Positions 55,080 through 64,000 of a stretch of 64,000 nucleotides of DNA are shown here, in pieces. The stretch is from Piromyces finnis finn (lineage: Eukaryota; Fungi; Neocallimastigomycota), in assembly GCA_002104945.1 (NCBI GenBank), contig MCFH01000022.1:496001-560000 (forward strand), written 5' to 3'. The position numbers were made by a program, and so were the translations under genes. The notes under the pieces were generated by a model that did no database searches, was not told the DNA's origin, and saw nothing but the letters and a program-made list of their open reading frames with translations. How positions within the stretch are numbered: the first letter of the stretch is position 1; each line of letters opens with the position of its first letter.

Positions 55080-57109
55080 CCTTTATACTTTTATACACCA
55101 AAATATATATATATATAGAGTATTAAAAAAATATATTAATCATTTATTGAAATTTTACAATTTTAAATAGTTTTATTTTTTTATTATTATTATAACTATA
55201 ATTATTTATTAATAGTAACGGTGATATATATTTTGAAAAAATGTAAAATGTAAAATGTATATATATGTATATATATATATTATTTTTATATGAGATTTAA
55301 ATATAAAATTTATATAGGTAATTTATAAATATTTACTTAAGATTTACTAATATATAATAAAAAAAAGAAAAGAATAAAATCCAAATATGATAATCTTGTT
55401 ATTATTAAATTATTAAGGTCACTTTTAAAATAAATAATAATAATAATTTAATAATAAAAAGGTTTTCTTATTATTATTTTTTAAATTTCTTTTTATCTAT
55501 AATAATACTAATATAAAACCCTAAAAATTAAAAGTAAAGAAAAAAAAATTTTTTTTTTTTATCAATTATTTTATCTTTTTTTTTTTTTTATTATTATTAT
55601 TATTATTTAATATTTAATAATATTTAATATTTAATAATATTTTTTTAAATAATTTATTATTATTGTGTCATCATTTTTTTTTGTTTTTTTTTTGTATAAA
55701 TTGATAATGATGGATTCATGTAACAAAAAGAAATTCCAACCAATCATATTTCGATTTTATATTTATCCAAAATCAATTTTTTTTAAAAAAAAATTTTTTT
55801 AATTTTCGTGTAAAGGTGGTGGTAGTGGGTGGTAAGTCGTTGGGATGGTTGGTGGTGGTAGTAAAAAGATGTAATAAATAATTAAAACACATTCTCTAAT
55901 GGTACAAATCATAAATTCAAAGCATCATTTATCTTTTTTACTATTTAAAAAAAAAAGAAAAGAAATTGGCATTATTCATTTTATTTTATTTTTAATAATT
56001 TATTTTACAATATTTTTCCTTTTTTTTTATTTGCCTATGGATATGGATTAAATGCAATCTATGAAATATATTCATACATTTATGTATTGTTATCATTAAT
56101 GCACGTGTATTATGTTTAAATACTATGATTATACCAAGCCATAAAAATATGAATAAGGAAGGATGTCAAGATGTCAATACATATATTTAAAGTGTTAGGA
56201 ATTGAATTTTAATACATTAAGTGTATTAGATGAATATTATGAGATTACATTGATATTATAAGATATATATACATTCATAGGATTATTATAACTTAAACAT
56301 TTCAATATATCTAAATAAGGTGTTTAAAATAAGTTTTAGATTTCACATCATATACCTCATATATTCTAACATTCCCACTGCCCTCAAATCAAATTGTTTG
56401 AATAAAATAAATGGGTGTGTTGATAAATATGTGTATTTACAAAATTCTATAATTATTTCTAAATCTAATTATTGTTAATACTTGATTCTCATAACAATAA
56501 AATATATATTGAACAATTTATTCATAAAAACTTTTCTAAACAATTTAATTAAATAATTTGTTTAAAAAAAATATATTAATTAAATTAGTGTAGTTATGAA
56601 GTTTTCTTTTTTTTTTTTATCAAGTCAACAACTATTAGTAATCAATAGAGTTTATTATTGCAGAATTGGTTTATATTCATGTATTGAGTTTAATGTATAT
56701 TAATAAATCAATAAATAAACTTGGAGAAATATAATTCCAACCGCCGATATTTAATAGTACCTTTTCACATATTTTATTTTAATACTGAAACAACACAAAA
56801 CTCTGCTTCTATCTAATCTTTTTTTAATATGACCATTTAACGATTGAATAGAGTAACCTTTTTTTAACAACTAGAATAAAGAATAGGAATAGGTGCGCAT
56901 TCCCAATTTTCTTTCTATCACTGGATTTACAATATATATATCATATTTTTTTTTTCATTTATGGTCCTTAGCATTATGAATGAACCATTAATTATCTTGT
57001 TAGATAGTGCTTTAATTCTCAAACTATATTACAAATTTTTATATGTTTATTGTGGCTTTAATACTTTTAATACAATTTGTGACTTTTGTGATTAAAAAAA
57101 AATAAGATT

Positions 57110-57379
57110 GTTTATTTATTTAATTAGTTATATATTCATTCCTTTAGTTAGTCAATAATATTTATTTATTTATTTATTTATTTATTTAGTTATTTATTTA
57201 TTTATTTATTTAGTTATATATTCATTCTTTTAATTAGTCAATAATATTTATTTATTTATTTATTTATTTATTTAGTTATTTATTTATTTATTTATTTAGT
57301 TATATATTCATTCTTTTAATTAGTCAATAATATTTATTTAGTTATTTAGTTATTTATTTATTTAATTAGTCAATAATAT

Positions 57380-57422
<43 letters not shown>

Positions 57423-57425
57423 TAT
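57110..57425. repeat. (TTAT/TTAG)n-rich compound minisatellite
   Basis: Repeated ttagtcaataatatttatttattt and ttagttatatattcattc units. Confidence 0.85.
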
Positions 57426-57662
57426 TAGTAAAAATTCTATCCACACCTACCATTAAATAATTTTATAATTCTTCCAAAAATTTATTATTAAAAAAAAAAA
57501 AAAAAGTTTGGTTATTCCTCTTTTTTTTTTATTTTTTATTTTATTCATTTTTTACTTTTAATATACCATTTATTTTATTTTTCTTTCTTTTTTTCTATAA
57601 TATACCACTTTTTTATTTGTCTTTATATTATATATATATATATATAATTTAAAAAAAAAAAA

Positions 57663-58976
57663 ATGAGTAATAATGTTAAATTAGTCAAGTTAGGTTCAAG
57701 GCAATTTCGTGTACCACTTTCCTCATTTACCAAAACCATTTATACTAATAAAGGTTCTTCCGAACATATTACACCAGATAAGAATGATACCGATTTATTG
57801 GTATTAAGAGTTCCTTGTGAAATGGAATATCGAGGTTCTATTATTGGTAAGAAAGGAGCCACAAAAAAACGTATTATGAGAGAAAGTGGTGTAAAAGAAA
57901 TTTGGATACCAGATGCTGAAACCGATGAAGATATTATAATCAAAGGGTATGATGAAGAAGGTCTTCAACATGCCAGAGATCTTATTTTTAAAATAATAGA
58001 AGATACTCAAAATAAAGAAACAAATAAAGCTACACATTTTCTTTCTTATCCTCTTATGGACCCTGATTTCTTATCAAAAATTGAAGATTTATACGAAGAT
58101 TGGATGGAAATGTCTAAAGACAAAGATTTTCTTTCTAGTATTCTTATGCCACCAAAATGTATGCATTTAACCATAGGTACTTTATGTTTAAGAAATGAAA
58201 AAGAAATACAAAAAGCTATTGAATTAATGAGAACTCTATCGTCTCAAGTCTATGATAAATTTAATACCCATTCTGCACTTCTCAAGGTAATTTTTAAAAA
58301 TAAAAAAAATAGTAGTAGTATACATAATACAAATAGTGGAGTTGGTGGGAAAAAGAAGAAGAAAAAAAAAAAATTTGAATCTATTTATAAAAATATATAA
58401 AACAAAAGATAGCATTTAAAAAGACATTTTTAAAATTAAATTAATAATAATTAATTAATCAATCCATCAATCAAATAATTAAAAAGGAAAGAGGGTAGTT
58501 TACGCAATATTGATATATATATATGAATAAAGTTAGTCAATTACATTTAAAAAAAAAAAAGTTTATAATAAATTTATTGAATAACATTCTTTTCATTTCA
58601 TTTGAAAAGGCAAAAGGTATTTTAATTTTAAATTTTAAAATTCATTGCTACCCTATTAAAATATGAATAACATTATAATTTAAATTTTATTTAAATTTCC
58701 ATAACCCATTTTTTATATTCGTTTATAGGTCAAATATTTTTTTTTTCTTTAAAAAGTCTATATTCACTAACTTTTATCTATTTCTATATATTCATAAATA
58801 ATTTTTCAATGGATATTACATAATTTCTCACTATCATTAATGCAATTTCAATACAATGTCATTATTATCAATGGTATCATTTTAATAATATGACTATTCA
58901 TTTTTTACATTACATGATAATCCCTATGAATTATAAAAACTTTACATAATTTACACATCTATTTTCATATTTTATT

Positions 58977-59012
<36 letters not shown>

Positions 59013-59495
59013 GATTATGATGATGATAATTCATTTTTTTATTGAACTGAATCTTTTTTATGATCAACGGATTATGAATATATATAACCCATCCACCACC
59101 CATTCATACACCTTTCATTCACGCAACCCAAGATTAAAGGATTAAGCTTGATGAAAGGAACAATAAAAAATGCTCGTGTTATTTATGCCGAAATTCAAAA
59201 AGAACAATCCTACCAAGTAGTACAAGAGGTATGTCAATTTTTACTTGATAAATTCCGGGAAGCTGGATTAATTGTAAGAGAAGAAAGTAAAGAAATATTG
59301 TTACACGCTACTCTTCTCAACACCATTTATTATAATAACAAGTTAAAGAATACGTATGATGCCACTGAAATATTTGAACGTTATGGACATATTAATTTTG
59401 GTAATGTTCTTTTGAGAAACATTAGTTTATGTAAAATTGGAACTAAAAATGCAGAAAAGGGCTATTATTCCCTAGAAAAAATATCTCTTCCATAA
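57663..59495 (+). CDS. ASCC1: ASCC1-like protein (KH domain plus 2H phosphoesterase); join(57663..58286,59133..59495)
   Basis: KH motif IIGKKGATKKRI; THFLSYP; HxT motifs HLT and HAT. Intron AAG|GTAATT..CAAG joins ALLK|IKGLSLM. Confidence 0.85.
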
Positions 59496-60507
59496 AAAAA
59501 AAAAAAAAAAAAAAGAACTATCAACTATCATCCATCATTAAAGATCAGAAATTTATCATCGATTACTTTGCATAGATATAATAAAATTATATCAATTCTT
59601 TTTTTTTTTTTTTTTTTAATTCTCTAAAATGGTTATCTGATCGTAAAGGTTATCTAAAAAAAAAAAGTTCCTTTTTAATTATTTTATTTATCCATATAGG
59701 TTTAATAAAGTTTTACTATTTCATAAAGAAAGAATAAATATAATAAAATAAAAAAAAAAAAAAAAAAAAAAAGAAAGAAAAAACACTTTTTTTTTTTTTT
59801 TCAATTTCTATCATTGTATTTATTTTTTTCTCTTTATAAAAAAAATGTACATAATTAAAAATAAATTAGCCAAAAAAAAAGTATTATTCATTGATGATAC
59901 AACCTATATTTTTTTTTTTTATTTTTTTTTTTAATTTACAACTACATTTTTATTTAAATTTTTTTTTTTTTTTTGTTTCGTTTTTGATTTTGTTTCTTTT
60001 TTTGTTTGTTTGTTTTTCATCTGTTTTAAATTTTTTTTTTTCTTGGTGTAGGTATGTTGATGTCTCTAATTTTTTATTTTCTTTTGCCTTTTTTTTTTTT
60101 TTTAATTTTAATATTTACATTTTTTATTTAAAATAAATTTCTTTAAAATATTAATTTTTATTATATTTTATATATATATATCCATTTTCTAAAAAAAAAA
60201 AAAAAAGAAAAAAATTTAAACCTAATAATAGAGTATATTTATAAAATATATATAAAATTTGATAGTAGATACTTTTTTAAAAATATATATATATATATTG
60301 CAAAAACTTTGAACTTTAGTTTAAAAAAAATGACAAGGAATGATATTAATTATATAATATATAACAAAAAAAAATGTATAAAAGAAAAATAAAAAAAATA
60401 GATTTTTTTTTCTTTTTTGGTATAATAAAAATATCCTATAATTTTTGAAAAAAAAAAAAAAAAAAAGTACAAAGAAATCAAAGAAAAAAAAAATTCTATT
60501 TTTTGTT

Positions 60508-60538
<31 letters not shown>

Positions 60539-60988
60539 GGTATATTAAAAGGGTTTAAAAAAAAAAAAAAAACTATAAAATTGTATATATATATGTTATG
60601 TATTTATATATCCTGTATTTTTTTTTCTACTAAACATGTAATTAGGTTATGGATGGTGTTTTAAAAAATTAAAAATAAAAGGATGATTGAATCCTTATTG
60701 AAATTGTGTATCTGACGATTAAGTGAATAATAATAACTACTAAAAATAATTGTCATTTCCATTTCCATTTTTTTTTTTTTTTAATTTCTATAGAATTCAT
60801 TTCCATTTCTATATAGACGATTAAAAAATAAAATGTCGAAAAAAAAAAACGCATTATTTTGATAATAAAAAAAAATAAATCCCCACTCTACAGCATTAAT
60901 TGTGTATTTTTTTTTCTTTTTCCTTCTTCTTCTCCTCCATTCTCATACATTGATTTATTATTGAGTTATTGTTGTTGTTGTTGTTTAT

Positions 60989-63119
60989 TTAATTGGAATA
61001 AATAATTCTTTTTTTATTATTGAGGTAATAATTTACACTATTATTTATAGTGGTACGATTATTATTAATAATGGTTGGACCTTGACTTTTAGTAGAATGA
61101 TGAGAATGTGTTGTTTTACTACTACCACAAACAGTAAAACTTTCTTGACTAGCTAAAGTATTTATGGTAGTAAAACTTTGAGGATTACCAAAAGTACCAG
61201 TATTTTGATGACTATGATTATGTCTTTTTTCAAAATTTTCATAATATTCTACAACATCATCACGTCCAGATTCGGATACTGTTGTGGTATCTTTTGGATA
61301 GAGTGAATGCATTTCAAATAATCTTCTAGCATTACGAACATCTTCAAAACTTGGTGCACGTTTTCTTCTTTCATTTTTATTTAATGAATTAATACAATTA
61401 CCATTATAATCCTTGATGCTATAAATATTGTTTGATACTTTTTGTTCGTCTTCATCGTACTTTTGAATGATTTCTACCGTTTTTTTATATTCATTATAAC
61501 TATTTTCTTTGATCATGGCACTTAACAATGATGGTTTAGTTTCTTTTTTCTTCAAGGTAGGGGTAGCTACCTTTTTAAATAGGTCATCATTTTCAGGTTC
61601 TACCTTCACAGATTCTTTTTCCTCAATATCATCCAAAATTTCGTCATCCTCTTCTTCCTCCTCTTCTTCATCAGAATAATAGTAATCATCATCGTCATCT
61701 TCTTCATCATCATCAATTTCATTATCATCAAATTCCTCCTCTGTAGGTTGAGTGATGGATTGTTGGGATAGCGCTTCATCACCTACCCCTTGACCATTAC
61801 TACCAACACCTAATTGTTGTAAGTACTTTTGATAATAATAAACATAATTTGACATAAATTGTTGTTGTTGTTGATTATACCATTGTTGAAATTGAAGTTG
61901 TTGTTGATAAATTTGATCGGGATTAGCATTTATTTGTTGTTTTTGTAATTCAAGCTGTTGTTGTTTTTGTAGGTATACTTGTTGAAGAAATATGAGTTGT
62001 TGTTTAACAAAATCTTCTATTGATAGACAATTTGGTGGTATTGTTGTTGAAGGCATTATATTATTGTTGGTTGGTTCAGTATTACTATGATCTGTAGGAT
62101 TAATATGAGTGGTAGAATTACTACTAATAGAAGGTTGAATGGAAGTTTGTTCATCATTATTAGCAACAACTATTTCTTCCTTGATATCCGATATTTCTTT
62201 ATTTTCTACATCGACAATTTCTTGAGTTAATTCACTTTCTGGTAAAGTAGATGATTCTTTGAGTACTTCAACAACAGTTTCTTCAGTGGTAGTATCAGTA
62301 GTAGTGGTATCTTTATTTTCCGTTATTGAAATAGGAGATTCTTCTTCTTTAACGATGGTATCTTGATTTTTCGTTATTGAAATTGGAGATTCTTCTTTTA
62401 GGATAGAAGATGGGGAAGTTTTAGTTTGTTTTGGGAATGAATGATGTTGACAAGATTGACGATCAAAACAAGTATATTCACTATGTGGAGTAGATAGTGA
62501 TGAATTAGAAGGAGATAATAATTGCTCACCACAAGCACATTTTTTTAGTACTTCAATGGGTTCAATAGTTGAATAACTTGAATTTGAGGAATCTATGGAA
62601 TGTACCATAGAATCACTATTGACAGATATTTCATTTATTATCTTATTGTTTGAAAATATATCTGTGTTATTTAAATATTTTTTATACCATATTCTCCACG
62701 ATATATTTTCAAGTCTAAATCCATTTTTTATATCATCTTTACATTTTGTAAATATTATCCACATTCTGAAATTTCAAATAATAATATCATTTTTATATCA
62801 TTTAATTGATATATTAATATTAATTTAATAGATATTCATTTTAATTTATCAAATATAAGAATTTATTAGATATAAAAATTTATTAGATAAGAATATATTA
62901 AATAATAAGAATTTATTAAAAATATAGGAATTTCAATAATGAATACAGTAGTTTTTAAAATATATATATTAATTTTTATAGTTATTAAATGTTGACCATA
63001 GAGAATAAAAAAAATTTAAAGTCTATTTACCTTCTAATATCAATTTCATCAATAGTGGTATCTTGAAAGCTTTCAAGAGCCAAAGTTAAAACAGGTTGTT
63101 GATGTAATAAAACAGGCAT
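60989..63119 (-). CDS. DUF1752 (AreA-N-like) domain protein, low-complexity, about 621 aa; exons 63119..63031 and 62765..60989
   Basis: Spliced N-terminus MPVLLHQQPVLTLALESF...IRRMWIIFTKCKDDIKNGFRLENISWRIW; Gln-rich and acidic tracts; KPSLLSAM motif. Confidence 0.8.
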
Positions 63120-64000
63120 TTCCAATAATTTATTTATAAATATCCAAAAGAAAAAGTGTATTTTGTTTTATTTAACCAAGTATTTATATGTTTTAATATT
63201 CTTTAAAAAATAATAATAATATTCAAATAGTTTTTATATTACAGTTTTATTATTATTATTATTATTATTATATTTATTTGTTTTTTTGTTTTTGTAATTA
63301 AAAGTTGATATTATTCATAGTTGTTGTTGTTATTTTTTTTATTAAAATACAAAGGTTTTTTTTAATATTTTTATTACTGTAAATTTTTAAATTTCCTTTA
63401 ATGTGCTGACTTTTAAAACATTTGTGAAATAAATTCTTTTTTAAAAAATATCTATTTTTTGTTTTATTTTGTGTTTAAATATATATTTATTAATTTTATT
63501 ATTACTTATTAATATTCTTTGGCATAAAAAAAGTAGTAGTTGTATATCGTTGTTAAAAACTTTATAATAATTATTATTTTTTATAAATTCTTTTTTTTTT
63601 TAATTGTGTTCTATCGTCAATGATGGTTATTCAAATTAATATTAATTTATTATATTGATATTTCCTTTTAAAAAAAAAAAGAAAAAGAAAAATAGCAGTA
63701 GTAATAATAATAAGCAATATGTTTTTTTCTTTCTTAATTTATCGTTTTTACAAAATTGTTGCTTAAAAAAAAAAAAAAAAACTTTTTCATGGTTTTTATA
63801 GTCTTTTAAAAAAATGATTTAAAAATTTCTTCTGACCTAAATTAATATATGGCATCATATATTACAACTTATTCAACTTATTGAATAGTTAAAGTTTTAA
63901 ATAATTTTAATTATTAATAAAAAATGATGTATTCTTTTTTTATGATGACAAAATTTTTAAAAAAAAAACTAAAATGATAACATTAATTTTAAAGCGTGAC

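Noticed and set aside
56190-56380. Possible MITE terminal inverted repeats (gtgttagga / ttctaacat)
   Set aside because: Match is short and imperfect, with no TSD and no second copy in the window.

Overview
Very AT-rich, intron-containing eukaryotic DNA with homopolymer-rich intergenic regions. Composition and gene content point to an anaerobic gut fungus (Neocallimastigomycota); this is inferred, not database-checked. 1-22 kb: tandem array of five intact genes plus one deleted pseudogene, each fusing a bacterial-type solute-binding (SBP) ectodomain to a class C (7tm_3-like) GPCR. 24.9-26.1 kb: three-exon secreted, probably GPI-anchored orphan gene, with a decayed 5' copy at 17.1 kb. 30.5-36.1 kb: 1865-aa single-pass membrane protein with repeats and a C-terminal SH3. 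Scattered between genes are 5'-truncated non-LTR retrotransposon fragments of at least two lineages. At 40.1-40.7 kb is a tRNA-Ala-headed, poly(A)-tailed element with a 16-bp target-site duplication (candidate SINE). 43.8-63.1 kb: housekeeping block with NOG2 (its intron holds an H/ACA snoRNA matching snR191/U19), a CDK10-like kinase, ARG5,6, ASCC1 and a DUF1752 protein. Exon boundaries were placed by eye from GT..AG sites and reading-frame continuity; repeat boundaries are approximate.
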